From Macrostomum lignano (lineage: Eukaryota): DNA of 64,000 nucleotides. The translations under genes and the position numbers were made by a program. The stretch is taken from NCBI GenBank assembly GCA_002269645.1, contig NIVC01001936.1, positions 22,763 through 86,762 on the forward strand. Direction: 5' to 3'. This document shows, piece after piece, positions 11,572 through 24,509 of this stretch. How positions within the stretch are numbered: the stretch's first letter is position 1; each line of letters begins with the position of its first letter. The notes under the pieces were generated by a model, which saw only the letters and a program-made list of their open reading frames with translations, had not been told where the DNA came from and did not search any database.

Positions 11572-13952
11572 AGAGGACAGTCCCGTCTCTTGAAATTGAC
11601 AATTGTGTCTTTAAACTTGACAGTCCCGTCTCTTGAAATTGGCAATTGTGTCTTTAAACTTGACAGTCCCGTCTCTTGAAATTGGCAATTGTGTCTTTAA
11701 ACTTGACAGTCCCGTCTCTTGAAATTGGCAATTGTGTCTTTAAACTTGACAGTCCCGTCTCTTGAAATTGGCAATTGTGTCTTTAAACTTGACAGTCCCG
11801 TCTCTTGAAATTGGCAATTGTGTCTTTAAACTTGACAGTCCCGTCTCTTGAAATTGGCAATTGTGTCTTTAAACTTGACAGTCCCGTCTCTTGAAATTGG
11901 CAATTGTGTCTTTAAACTTGACAGTCCCGTCTCTTGAAATTGGCAATTGTGTCTTTAAACTTGACAGTCCCGTCTCTTGAAATTGGCAATTGTGTCTTTA
12001 AACTTGACAGTCCCGTCTCTTGAAATTGGCAATTGTGTCTTTAAACTTGACAGTCCCGTCTCTTGAAATGAACAATTGTGTCTTTAAACTTGACAGTCCC
12101 GTCTCTTGAAATGGACAATTGTGTCTTTAAACTTGACAGTCCCGTCTCTTGAAATGAACAATTGTGTCTTTAAACTTGACAGTCCCGTCTCTTGAAATGA
12201 ACAATTGTGTCTTTAAACTTGACAGTCCCGTCTCTTGAAATGGACAATTGTGTCTTTAAACTTGACAGTCCCGTCTCTTGAAATGAACAATTGTGTCTTT
12301 AAACTTGACAGTCCCGTCTCTTGAAATTGGCAATTGTGTCTTTAAACTTGACAGTCCCGTCTCTTGAAATGGACAATTGTGTCTTTAAACTTGACAGTCC
12401 CGTCTCTTGAAATTGACAATTGTGTCTTTAAACTTGACAGTCCCGTCTCTTGAAATGGACAATTGTGTCTTTAAACTTGACAGTCCCGTCTCTTGAAATT
12501 GGCAATTGTGTCTTTAAACTTGACAGTCCCGTCTCTTGAAATTGGCAATTGTGTCTTTAAACTTGACAGTCCCGTCTCTTGAAATTGGCAATTGTGTCTT
12601 TAAACTTGACAGTCCCGTCTCTTGAAATTGGCAATTGTGTCTTTAAACTTGACAGTCCCGTCTCTTGAAATTGGCAATTGTGTCTTTAAACTTGACAGTC
12701 CCGTCTCTTGAAATTGGCAATTGTGTCTTTAAACTTGACAGTCCCGTCTCTTGAAATTGGCAATTGTGTCTTTAAACTTGACAGTCCCGTCTCTTGAAAT
12801 TGGCAATTGTGTCTTTAAACTTGACAGTCCCGTCTCTTGAAATTGGCAATTGTGTCTTTAAACTTGACAGTCCCGTCTCTTGAAATTGGCAATTGTGTCT
12901 TTAAACTTGACAGTCCCGTCTCTTGAAATTGGCAATTGTGTCTTTAAACTTGACAGTCCCGTCTCTTGAAATGAACAATTGTGTCTTTAAACTTGACAGT
13001 CCCGTCTCTTGAAATGGACAATTGTGTCTTTAAACTTGACAGTCCCGTCTCTTGAAATGAACAATTGTGTCTTTAAACTTGACAGTCCCGTCTCTTGAAA
13101 TGAACAATTGTGTCTTTAAACTTGACAGTCCCGTCTCTTGAAATGGACAATTGTGTCTTTAAACTTGACAGTCCCGTCTCTTGAAATGAACAATTGTGTC
13201 TTTAAACTTGACAGTCCCGTCTCTTGAAATTGGCAATTGTGTCTTTAAACTTGACAGTCCCGTCTCTTGAAATGGACAATTGTGTCTTTAAACTTGACAG
13301 TCCCGTCTCTTGAAATTGACAATTGTGTCTTTAAACTTGACAGTCCCGTCTCTTGAAATTGGCAATTGTGTCTTTAAACTTGACAGTCCCGTCTCTTGAA
13401 ATTGGCAATTGTGTCTTTAAACTTGACAGTCCCGTCTCTTGAAATTGGCAATTGTGTCTTTAAACTTGACAGTCCCGTCTCTTGAAATTGGCAATTGTGT
13501 CTTTAAACTTGACAGTCCCGTCTCTTGAAATTGGCAATTGTGTCTTTAAACTTGACAGTCCCGTCTCTTGAAATGAACAATTGTGTCTTTAAACTTGACA
13601 GTCCCGTCTCTTGAAATTGGCAATTGTGTCTTTAAACTTGACAGTCCCGTCTCTTGAAATTGGCAATTGTGTCTTTAAACTTGACAGTCCCGTCTCTTGA
13701 AATTGGCAATTGTGTCTTTAAACTTGACAGTCCCGTCTCTTGAAATTGGCAATTGTGTCTTTAAACTTGACAGTCCCGTCTCTTGAAATTGGCAATTGTG
13801 TCTTTAAACTTGACAGTCCCGTCTCTGAACTGGACAGTCCCGTCTCTGAACTGGATAGTCCCGTCTCTGAACTGGACAGTCCCGTCTCTGAACTGGATAG
13901 TCCGTCTCTGAACTGGACAGTCCCGTCTCTGAACTAGACAGTCCCGTCTTTG
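11572..13952. repeat. 43-bp minisatellite (about 52 copies) ending in a 21-bp sub-repeat, after the TMEM41B stop
   Basis: GACAGTCCCGTCTCTTGAAATTGGCAATTGTGTCTTTAAACTT; period checked (11701 vs 11744). Confidence 0.97.
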
Positions 13953-14940
13953 AATTTGATCTTTTCTGAATTCCAAATTTAAGAATGGTTAGTGTGTCTT
14001 TAAATTTACCGTAGCAGTAGAAAGCTTTTTGAAAAAAACAGCCATGAAAAGGGCCGTTTTTAATATAAAAATTCATTAGCAAAACCCCAAAAAATTAATG
14101 TTTTAGCATTTTATAAAAGTTACTTTTTTCTGATGAATTTATAGTTCAATCTTATTCGTTTTGGCAGAACAAAAGTTTTATGTAAAAAATTATTATCTAC
14201 TTATTTTGGGGCCAACAAAAGTGTTCTGTATGCTATATATTAAAACGGTGTAGATTTGTTGCGCTAAAAATTCGATAGAAGCTGCTGCCAAGTCTTGTTT
14301 TTTTCTTTAAATTACAATTCATATTAAATTTGATTGCCTAGAACTGATTGATTGATTATTTATAATTTCTTGCTGTTTTTTTCTTACTTGCGTCTGTCAG
14401 CTCTCAACATTATGCTACTTATTAGCAGTAGTGCGTAGAGAGAATTAAAGCCTAGTTGTTATTTCTTATATCGATTTTAGCCTTTGTGATTTCATTCTAA
14501 ATATTTGAAAATAATTTCTGTCTTGGAAATGCGAAAATAAACAAAGCAAATTTGTTCTTACTTGGTCTGTTGTCAATTTGTTTTAATGCTAAATATATTT
14601 TCATGGCGTTAGAATATCTGAACTTCAATCAATTAATAATCAGTTGGTGTCCAGATGAGTAGACAACTGCTGCTGTAGGCTAGATGAGTTCTATTTCCTA
14701 GAATAGGATGATTAAGCCATAAAACTGTTCAATTATTTATGTTACCAACCGGTTCATCGACCGGAGGAGCTACCCAGCAGGGACTAAACTTTTGAAGTTG
14801 TGAACCAAATTTATTGAATAAGTAAGTTCTCGTCTTATTACTATACTGTTTGTCCATTATACACATTCGACATTCCAGTTCTTTAATTATTGAACTAACG
14901 GAAATGACCAACGGAAGTTTTCAACAAGGTGAAGTGAAAT

Positions 14941-16446
14941 TTCGAGCTTGCGAAGCTTCGAGCTTGTATGAAGCTTCGAGCTTGTGTGAAGCTTCGAGCT
15001 TTTGTGAAGCTTCGAGCTTGCTTGTGTGAAGCTTCGAGCTTTTGTGAAGCTTCGAGCTTGCTTGTGTGAAGCTTCGAGCTTTTGTGAAGCTTCGAGCTTT
15101 TGTGAAGCTTCGAGCTTGCCTGTGTGAAGCTTCGAGCTTTTGTGAAGCTTCGAGCTTTTGTGAAGCTTCGAGCTTGCTTGTGTGAAGCTTCGAGCTTTTG
15201 TGAAGCTTCGAGCTTGCCTGTGTGAAGCTTCGAGCTTTTGTGAAGCTTCGAGCTTTTGTGAAGCTTCGAGCTTGCTTGTGTGAAGCTTCGAGCTTTTGTG
15301 AAGCTTCGAGCTTGCCTGTGTGAAGCTTCGAGCTTTTGTGAAGCTTCGAGCTTTTGTGAAGCTTCGAGCTTGCTTGTGTGAAGCTTCGAGCTTTTGTGAA
15401 GCTTCGAGCTTGCTTGTGTGAAGCTTCGAGCTTTTGTGACGCTTCGAGCTTGCCTGTGTGAAGCTTCGAGCTTGCTTGTGTGAAGCTTCGAGCTTTTGTG
15501 AAGCTTCGAGCTTGCCTGTGTGAAGCTTCGAGCTTGCCTGTGTGAAGCTTCGAGCTTTTGTGAAGCTTCGAGCTTTTGTGAAGCTTCGAGCTTGCTTGTG
15601 TGAAGCTTCAAGCTTGTATGAAGCTTCGAGCTTGTGTAAAGCTTCGAGCTTTCTTGTGTGAAGCTTCGAGCTTTTGTGAAGCTTCGAGCTTGCTTGTGTG
15701 AAGCTTCGAGCTTTTGTGACGCTTCGAGCTTGCCTGTGTGAAGCTTCGAGCTTGCTTGTGTGAAGCTTCGAGCTTTTGTGAAGCTTCGAGCTTGCCTGTG
15801 TGAAGCTTCGAGCTTGCCTGTGTGAAGCTTCGAGCTTGCCTGTGTGAAGCTTCGAGCTTTTGTGAAGCTTCGAGCTTGCTTGTGTGAAGCTTCAAGCTTG
15901 TATGAAGCTTCGAGCTTGTGTAAAGCTTCGAGCTTTCTTGTGTGAAGCTTCGAGCTTTTGTGAAGCTTCGAGCTTGCCTGTGTGAAGCTTCGAGCTTGCC
16001 TGTGTGAAGCTTCGAGCTTTTGTGAAGCTTCGAGCTTGCTTGTGTGAAGCTTCAAGCTTGTATGAAGCTTCGAGCTTGTGTAAAGCTTCGAGCTTTCTTG
16101 TGTGAAGCTTCGAGCTTTCTTGTGTGAAGCTTCGAGCTTGTGTGAAGCTTCGAGCTTGTGTGAAGCTTTGAGCTTGTGTGAAGCTTTGAGCTTGTGTGAA
16201 GCTTTGAGCTTGTGTGAAGCTTTGAGCTTGTGTGAAGCTTTGAGATTGTGTGAAGCTTTGAGCTTGTGTGAAGCTTCGAGCTTGTGTGAAGCTTTGAGCT
16301 TGTGTGAAGCTTTGAGATTGTGTGAAGCTTTGAGCTTGTGTGAAGCTTCGAGCTTGTGTGAAGCTTCGAGCTTGTGTGAAGCTTCGAGCTTGTAAAACTT
16401 TGAGCTTGTAAAACTTCGAGCTTGTGTGAAGCTTCGAGCTTGTAAA
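14941..16446. repeat. 18/22-bp near-palindromic minisatellite (GAAGCTTCGAGCTT core)
   Basis: A HindIII site in almost every unit; spacers TTGT/GCTTGTGT/GCCTGTGT/GTGT. Confidence 0.95.
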
Positions 16447-16495
16447 ACGGCCAGTTAATCCTACTTACAGTAGTTTCAATAAATTTTAATTCCAG

Positions 16496-17076
16496 TGTCA
16501 GCCGGCTCAGACTTCAGCGTCTCGGCCGTCAGTTTAAAAGCGCAAAAGAAATTAGCCAGCAGGTTTTCCACCCGAAAATGCGCCCGAGTGGTGCTGGACG
16601 ATCTGGCCAGCGGCTTGCTGGACCGGCTGCACAAGCTCGTGTCTCTCTGCCTCAACTCGCGCAGAGACGCGGATAAAACGGTTAAAAATCTCATCAAAGT
16701 GGCAGTTAAAGCCGCCCTGTTGGCCAAGAATGAGCAGTTTAACGACGCCGAATTGGCTATTGGCCGGCAGCTCAATGCCCGACTGCGCCACCTGCTAATG
16801 ACCCTGATTAGTTTCCACCGGGTAGATTTCACCTACGATCGGCAGCATCTGATCGGACTGCTGAACGAGTTCCGCGATCTGCTGGACCGGCTGTTAGGCG
16901 ATCACGTGACCCAGAAGTCGCACGACCGTCTGGCCGATGCGTTTCAATGCCTGACTAAGCCGGAGCTGTTGGACGAGTTGTACGGCGGAGCGGCGCCGGG
17001 GAGTCGGGTTCACTCTGAGATGCAGCTGTTGTGCAGAGACGCCGATCTGTTTCTTGAGCAGCGCTGGTCTGCTTGA
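16496..17076 (+). CDS. TNFAIP8: TNFAIP8/TIPE family protein, main coding exon (first base(s) of the CDS must come from an upstream exon)
   Basis: SLKAQKKL...LDDLASGLLDRL...KNLIKVAVKAALLAKNEQFN...ISFHRVDFTYDR...TQKSHDRL match the TIPE fold. The ORF opens at the acceptor TTTTAATTCCAG (16494-16495); the ORF-track GTG start overlaps that acceptor. Confidence 0.93.
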
Positions 17077-17289
17077 TGACGTCATTAGAGACTTGGGGAA
17101 AACTCAATCTCAACTCTTCTCATGTCCGTCATTTTGTGTCCGCATTGTCCGAGCTTAACAAAACTGCTACTCACATGAAAGATTGTTCGTATTATAAATT
17201 TGCGGTATTGTTTTACAAGTAATTGTATATCAATCTGTTTTTAACTGAAGTCTCTTTCCAGCACTGTACTGAACTTTTTGACTTAATGA

Positions 17290-18990
17290 TGATTTTGTGT
17301 CGGGTTGACTTTGTGTCCGAGTGACTGTGTTTAAATTATTTTGTGTCCGAGTGACTGTGTTTAAATTATTTTGTGTCCGAGTGACTGTGTTTAAATTTTT
17401 TTGTGTCCGAGTGACTGTGTTTAAATGACTTTGTTTCCGGTCGACTTTGTGTCCGAGTGATTGTGTTCAAATGACTGTGCCCAAGTGACATTATGTTCAA
17501 ATGACTTTGTGTCCGAGTGACTTTGTGTCCGAGTGACTTTGTGTCCGAGTAACTTTGTGTCCGAGTGACTGTGTCCGTGTGACTTTGTGTCCGAGTGACT
17601 TTGTGTCCGAGTGACTTTATGTCCGAGTGACTTTGTGTCCGAGTGACTTTGTGTTTAAATGACTTTTTGTCCGAGTGACTGTTTTTAAATTATTATGTGT
17701 CCGAGTGACTGTGTTTAAATTATTTTGTGTCCGAGTGACTGTGTTTAAATTATTTTGTGTCTGAGTGACTGTGTTTAAATTATTTTGTGTCCGAGTGACT
17801 GTGTTTAAATTATTTTGTGTCCGAGTGATTGCGTTTAAATGACTTTGTTTCCGGTCGACTTTGTGTCCGAGTGATTGTGTTCAAATGACTGTGCCCAAGT
17901 GACATTATGTTCAAATGACTTTGTGTCCGAGTGACTTTGTGTCCGAGTGACTTTGTGTCCGAATGACTTTGTGTCCGAGTAACTTTTTGTCCGACTGACT
18001 GTGTCCGTGTGACTTTGTGTCCGAGTAATTTTGTGTCCGAGTAACTTTGTGTCCGAGTGACTTTGTGTCCGAGTGACTTTGTGTCCGAGTGACTGTGTTT
18101 AAATTATTTTGTGTCCGAGTGACTGTGTTTAAATTATTTTGTGTCTGAGTGACTGTTTAAATTATTTTGTGTCCGAGTGACTGTGTTTAAATTATTTTGT
18201 GTCCGAGTGACTGTGTTTAAATGACTTTTTTTCCGGTCGACTTTGTGTCCGAGTGATTGTGTTTAAATGACTTTGTTTCCGGTCGACTTTGTGTCCGAGT
18301 GATTGTGTTCAAATGACTGTGCCCAACTGACATTATGTTCAAATGACTTTGTGTCCGAGTGACTTTGTGTCCGAGTAACTTTGTGTCCGAGTGACTTTGT
18401 GTCCGTGTGACTTTGTGTCCGAGTAACTTTGTGTCCGAGTGACTTTGTGTCCGAGTGACTTTGTGTCCGAGTGACTTTGTGTCCGAGTGACTTTGTGTCC
18501 GAGTGACTGTGTTTAAATTATTTTGTGTCCGAGTGACTGTGTTTAAATTATTTTGTGTCCGAGTGACTGTTTTTAAATTATTTTGTGTCCGAGTGACTGT
18601 GTTTAAATTATTTTGTGTCCGAGTGACTGTGTTTAAATTATTTTGTGTCCGAGTGACTGTTTTTAAATTATTTTGTGTCCGAGTGACTGTGTTTAAATTA
18701 TTTTGTGTCCGAGTGACTGTTTTTAAATTATTTTGTGTCCGAGTGACTGTGTTTAAATTATTTTGTGTCCGAGTGACTGTGTTTAAATGACTTTTTTTCC
18801 GGTCGACTTTGTGTCCCAGTGATTGTGTTTAAATGACTTTGTTTCCGGTCGACTTTGTGTCCGAGTGATTGTGTTCAAATGACTGTGCCCAAGTGACATT
18901 ATGTTCAAATATGACTTTGTGTCCGAGTGACTTTGTGTTTAAGTGACTTTTTTCTTGAGTGACTTTGTGTCTAAATAAATTCGTGTCCGA
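17290..18990. repeat. 16/30-bp compound minisatellite (TTTGTGTCCGAGTGAC) with higher-order blocks, after the TNFAIP8 stop
   Basis: Tandem units plus a recurring block (CCGGTCGAC...GTGCCCAAGTGACATTATGTTCAAAT) present four times. Confidence 0.95.
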
Positions 18991-19664
18991 GTGACCTTAA
19001 GTCCTCAGATTTATCTCAGCTTGATTTTCTGCAACTATGAAAATCAGTGCCATGCTCCAACAATGTTTTTCCATTTCTACTATCTATTCAGTCTGCCAAT
19101 GATGCACGCAGCGATTTTATTTCAAATATTGGTGCCAATGCAAATTGATCACATATATATGATATTTTATAAATGCGTTTGTTTCTTCCATGGCCTTTTT
19201 ATGGTTAGGGATATATGGTTGCCTCTCAAATGTTTAACATGTTGAGCATGTAAAGTTTCCTTTGCTTTATTTTTATAATATAAATTTATATTGTCGCTAA
19301 TGGCTTCTATATTGTGGTGCGTTTTAAAAACATAATCCATGCCCAGCTCTGAATCCAGTATTTTATCATCTAATATCATTTGTAATTGCTTGCGTCAATT
19401 GTAAAATAGTTTACTGCTACGAGTAAATGGAACATTCAAATACTACATAAATTTTGTTTTACTAAATCACGATCGTAAATATATGTTGCCGCTGCGTTAA
19501 TTTTCCGCGGCAGCGGTTATTGCGGTATTTCTGGCCAATTCGAGCGATTTTTTAAGTCGAATTGCCCAGACCAGTTTTTATCTCTGATAGCTCGTAATTA
19601 TAAACTTTCTCGTTTGTTTCTTGATCTTTTCAATTTGGTTGGCGGGGCAAAGGATTGGTGTGTT

Positions 19665-20960
19665 AAAGTAAGGGAGTGAGGTGGTGGGTAAAGTAGTGAG
19701 GTTGTTGGTAAGGGAGTAAGGTGGTGGGTAAGGGAGTGAGGTGGTGGGTAAAGTAGTGAGGTGGTGGGTAAAGTAGTGAGGTTGTTGGTAAGGGAGTGAG
19801 GTTGTTGGTAAGGGAGTGAGGTGGTGGGTAAAATAGTGAGGTTGTTGGTAAGGGAGTGAGGTGGTGGGTAAAGTAGTGAGGTGGTGGGTAAAGTAGTGAG
19901 GTTGTTGGTAAGGGAGTGAGGTGGTGGGTAAAGTAGTGAGGTTGTTGGTAAGGGAGTGAGGTGGTGGGTAAAGTAGTGAGGTGGTGGGTAAAGTAGTGAG
20001 GTTGTTGGTAAGGGAGTAAGGTGGTGGGTAAGGGAGTGAGGTGGTGGGTAAAGTAGTGAGGTGGTGGGTAAAGTAGTGAGGTTGTTGGTAAGGGAGTGAG
20101 TTTGTTGGTAAGGGAGTGAGGTGGTGGGTAAAGGAGTGAGGTGGTGGGTAAAGTAGTGAGGTGGTGGGTAAAGTAGTGAGGTTGTTGGTAAGGGAGTGAG
20201 GTGGTGGGTAAAGTTAAAGTAGTGAGGTGGTGGGTAAAGTAGTGAGGTTGTTGGTAAGGGAGTGAGGTGGTGGGTAAAGTAGTGAGGTGGTGGGTAAAGT
20301 AGTGAGGTTGTTGGTAAGGGAGTGAGGTGGTGGGTAAAATAGTGAGGTTGTTGGTAAGGGAGTGAGGTGGTGGGTAAAGTAGTGAGGTGGTGGGTAAAGT
20401 AGTGAGGTTGTTGGTAAGGGAGTGAGGTGGTGGGTAAAGTAGTGAGGTTGTTGGTAAGGGAGTGAGGTGGTGGGTAAAGTAGTGAGGTGGTGGGTAAAGT
20501 AGTGAGGTTGTTGGTAAGGGAGTAAGGTGGTGGGTAAGGGAGTGAGGTGGTGGGTAAAGTAGTGAGGTGGTGGGTAAAGTAGTGAGGTTGTTGGTAAGGG
20601 AGTGAGGTTGTTGGTAAGGGAGTGAGGTGGTGGGTAAAGGAGTGAGGTGGTGGGTAAAGTAGTGAGGTGGTGGGTAAAGTAGTGAGGTTGTTGGTAAGGG
20701 AGTGAGGTGGTGGGTAAAGTTAAAGTAGTGAGGTGGTGGGTAAAGTAGTGAGGTTGTTGGTAAGGGAGTGAGGTGGTGGGTAAAGTAGTGAGGTGGTGGG
20801 TAAAGTAGTGAGGTTGTTGGTAAGGGAGTGAGGTGGTGGGTAAAATAGTGAGGTTGTTGGTAAGGGAGTGAGGTGGTGGGTAAAGTAGTGAGGTGGTGGG
20901 TAAAGTAGTGAGGTTGTTGGTAAGGGAGTGAGGTGGTGGGTAAAGTAGTGAGGTGGTGGG
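19665..20960. repeat. 21-bp G-rich minisatellite (GTGAGGTGGTGGGTAAAGTA / GTGAGGTTGTTGGTAAGGGA)
   Basis: Alternating variants; source of the 444-aa repetitive ORF. Confidence 0.95.
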
Positions 20961-21497
20961 GCATGGGAAACATTTTAGGCATGGAGTAAGGTGGCAAACA
21001 TAATTAATGACTGTTATAATTCTATGTACATGAAGTACGAGGGTAAATTTTACTCCTAGTTGTACACATATTTTGAATGTTTGGTACCGTATAATGTTTT
21101 CAACTTATGTATAGATATTACTTTTATGCTTGTGTAATACGGTGTAACTTTTATTCACGAATCCTCTGATCCATGTCTAAATGATTGTTTTTTTACTTCG
21201 AGCTCATACGAGCATTTTACGAGTTTTCGACCGGCTGCACAAATAGCTACAAGTACTATAGCGAATACGCCCATACAAATAACACAGCGATTTAGTTGTC
21301 ACGCCTCTGTGACGTATGAAAGATTTCTCCATTTATTAAAATACGCGACAGAACAGGAAAGCAATAATAGAAACCACATGTGGAAAGTGTGCGCATTCTT
21401 GTGGCTGGTGAGGCTGAGGTTCCCACGAGGTTGGGGCTATAAAACTGTTTCCTCTCTGTGAAAATGGCACATGCATGCAGGCCAGTAATAAGTAGCC

Positions 21498-24059
21498 ATG
21501 GCTCGCAGGAACTCCATCGTAGACAACAGAAGCGGCAATCTGATAGTCACCGGGCCAAGACTTCGTCATGATCAGCATCAACAACAACAACATCGCCTGC
21601 GCGACGGGGTCAGGCCGGGACACGTCAGCTCTCAGGTGAACATGTTCTCCCAGATGATTCGCTCAGCTGGCGAGCTGAGAAGTCCTCGAGTAGCCGGGGG
21701 TAAGCGGCAGCAGCAGAGGTCCAGGAGACCCAGCAGTTCAACTGTGATCGGTTTTGCCGAAGTCGGCCGGCCCGCTAAGCTGCAGGTCGTCAATAGCGAC
21801 TTGTCGATGGGGTCGAAGGGAACCGGCGATCGGGGGGTCTATGCTGCCGACGAGTGGGCGGTGTACGCCGAGGGGACGGAGCCCAAGAAATCCAAGCAGG
21901 AAAGAGGAAGTTCCGATCGAAGGTTTGTGTAAAAATGGACACTGCTATTTTTTAAAGTGCACAATGTACTGTATCATCGGCAAGCTTTTTAATTCGACAG
22001 ATATCTTTCATGCGACTCCTTTGCTCAACACCCACTCCACAACACGCAATATCAGTTCACACCCGAAATATCTTACTCCACGCCAACTACCTCTCTCCAC
22101 GGCCACGCCAACCACCTCACTCCACGGCCACGCCAACCACCTCACTCCACGCTAATCATCTCCACACCCAGTGGTGCAAGCAGGAATGCAAGCGTCAATA
22201 TTTGGTGTCGTTGAGCGATTGGAGCGTGCGCCCCCTGCCCCCGTCTGCGTATGCCACTGACCACACCCACCACCTCACTCCGCACCCACCACCTCACTCC
22301 GCACCCACCACCTCACTCCACACCCACCACCTCACTCCGCACCCACCACCTCACTTAACACCCACCTCCTCACTCAACACCCACCACCTCGCTCAACACC
22401 CACCACCTCACTTAACACCCACCACCTCACTGAAAACCCACCACCTCGCTCAACACCCACCACCTCACTTAACACCCACCACCTCACTGAAAACCCACCA
22501 CCTCACTCATCACCCAACACCTCAGTCCAGACCCACACCAACACACCTTCGCCCAAATTTAATTCTAGTCCATTTGAGTCTAGGGCGCATAATCTCAGTC
22601 TAGTCGATTCACCACTAAACTGTTTATTAAAAAATTCTTTAACCGGCAGTCACCACCAGCAGCAGCAGCAATCTGAACGCTACAAAGCCGACGAGTGGGC
22701 AGTTTACGCAGAGGAGCCGGAGCCCAAGAAATCCAAGCAGGAGAGAGGAAGTTCCGATCGAAGGTTTGAGTAAAAATGTGCCGAAGTATAGGTGTATAAG
22801 TCCATTGTAACATCCGCAAGCCTTTTAATTGAACGCATCCCTTTCATACAACTCCCAAGCCTAACATCCACCCACCACCACGCCACATCATTTTGCATCC
22901 TCCCTCTGACGCCATCAGCCACCTAATTTCACGCCAACCATCTCACTTCACACCCACCACCTGACTCAACACCCACCACCTCACTTCACACCCACCCCCT
23001 CACTCCAGACTCACCACCTCACTTCGCACCCACCCCCTCACTCCAGACCCACCATCTCACTTCGCACCCACCCCCTCACTCCAGACCCACCATCTCACTT
23101 CACACCCACCCCCTCACTTCACACCCACCCCCTCACTCCTGACCCACCCCCTCACTCCAGACCCACCCCCTCACTTCACACCCACCCCCTCACTCCAGAC
23201 CCACCCTACCATCCCATCGCCTGAATATGTCCATAAAGTCTAGTTGATCCATCACTAAACTGTATATTAAAAACCTTCAACCGGCAGTCAGCACCAGCAG
23301 CAATCTGAACTCTACAAAGCCGACGAGTGGGCCGTTTACGCCGAGACGCCTCCATCCCAGACGCCCGACCGCACCGTCCTTCTGCCAGAGCCAGTAGGCC
23401 CCGCTGTTGCCAGGGCTACAACCAAAACAAGCGCCGCAAGAGCAACAACAACATCTTCAGCAGCTTTTGCCCGTCAGCAGCTCTACTCTGAACAGCGACT
23501 CAGACGAGAAGCCATGGAATCGACGGATGGCCGGCCGTCAGTGCTCAATAAATCTTCCTCAGACTACAAAACAGAAGATGACAATAAATTTCTCAAAGAA
23601 GAATGGACAGTCTACGAGACAATTCCGTTGGTAACTGCAGCTGCAGACTCTGGGTTGGACAGAGGCGTCAATGAAGAATTCGACGGAGTAGTTGGTTACA
23701 GAAGATACTTAGCGGACGATGGTGCTCAGTTGAGCTCGAGGAAGACAATGCAGTCTGCTTCTACTCGCGCCAGGACAGCAGGAACTGCGGCTTCGAATCT
23801 CGATGCGGCGAAGGAGTTTGCCGAGCGGAAGTCGCGAGACGGCCTGTCCAGGAGGCGGGTGACGACGCCAGTTCGGCTGCAGAAGTGGACCGAGGTGCGC
23901 GAGCTTGAGACGGTTGAAGAAGTCGACGCTAAGCCTGAATTGCCTACGCCCCGGATGTCGGGCTATGAAGCTGAGGGCTTCATCGTCTGGAGCAGCGGCA
24001 GCGCGTTGAGTCGCATCGCTCTCAGACTCAATCTCCGCTTGGCTACAAGCGCTATCTGA
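21498..24059 (+). CDS. Unrecognised 436-aa protein with repeated (Y/F)x(A/K)(D/E)EW(A/T)VY motif; exons 21498-21922, 22650-22763, 23288-24059
   Basis: ATG in GCCATGG context. Donors GAAG|GTTTGT (21923) and GAAG|GTTTGA (22764); acceptors AACCGGCAG (22649, 23287). All junctions are phase 2 and give one open frame of 1311 nt. No family recognised. Confidence 0.72.
22040..22560. repeat. CCCACCACCTCACT repeats in intron 1 of the orphan gene
   Basis: Reverse complement of the 19.7-21.0 kb repeat core. Confidence 0.85.
22935..23210. repeat. CCCACC(A/C)CCTCACT repeats in intron 2 of the orphan gene
   Basis: Same core as 22040-22560. Confidence 0.85.
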
Positions 24060-24509
24060 CAATGGACGAGATCGATTACCGTAGGACAAACAGTTCGACT
24101 GGAAATATTGTGCATGGTGAGCAGCAACTCTGGCTCGTGTAGGAGCTCAGATGAAGATGGATTTAGACCTATATACAAACTTTATCTAGCATGGAGGCAA
24201 GGTGCGGGTTGGCCCTATTGAGCGCATCTCCGAGCCACTCTACCCCTGAAGGATAGAGAGTTATTAAGCGATTGAAATTGGTAAACTATTATAATCCTGT
24301 GCCTCTTTCACATTCCTGACAGCTTCCTACCAGAGGAGTCCTGACGCGTATTACTACTTCTACTCTGACGAGACTGAGAAACGCCGCGGTCACCGTCGAG
24401 ATCAGAAAACTCCGAAGAGTCGCGTCTACAAGCGAGCTAATTTGAGAAGCTACGAGTTTACTAAATAGATAGTTATATTTGTATTCTGTTGCTGTACTTA
24501 AGTTAATGA

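Noticed and set aside
11572-13952. CRISPR-like regular 43-bp repeat
   Set aside because: Units are contiguous with no unique spacers, there are no cas genes, and the context is eukaryotic.
14895-16395. KLEASHKQARSF and CEASSL repeat ORFs
   Set aside because: Translations of the HindIII minisatellite.
19663-20997. 444-aa Pro/His/Thr-rich ORF
   Set aside because: Translation of the 21-bp G-rich array; no splice or homology support.
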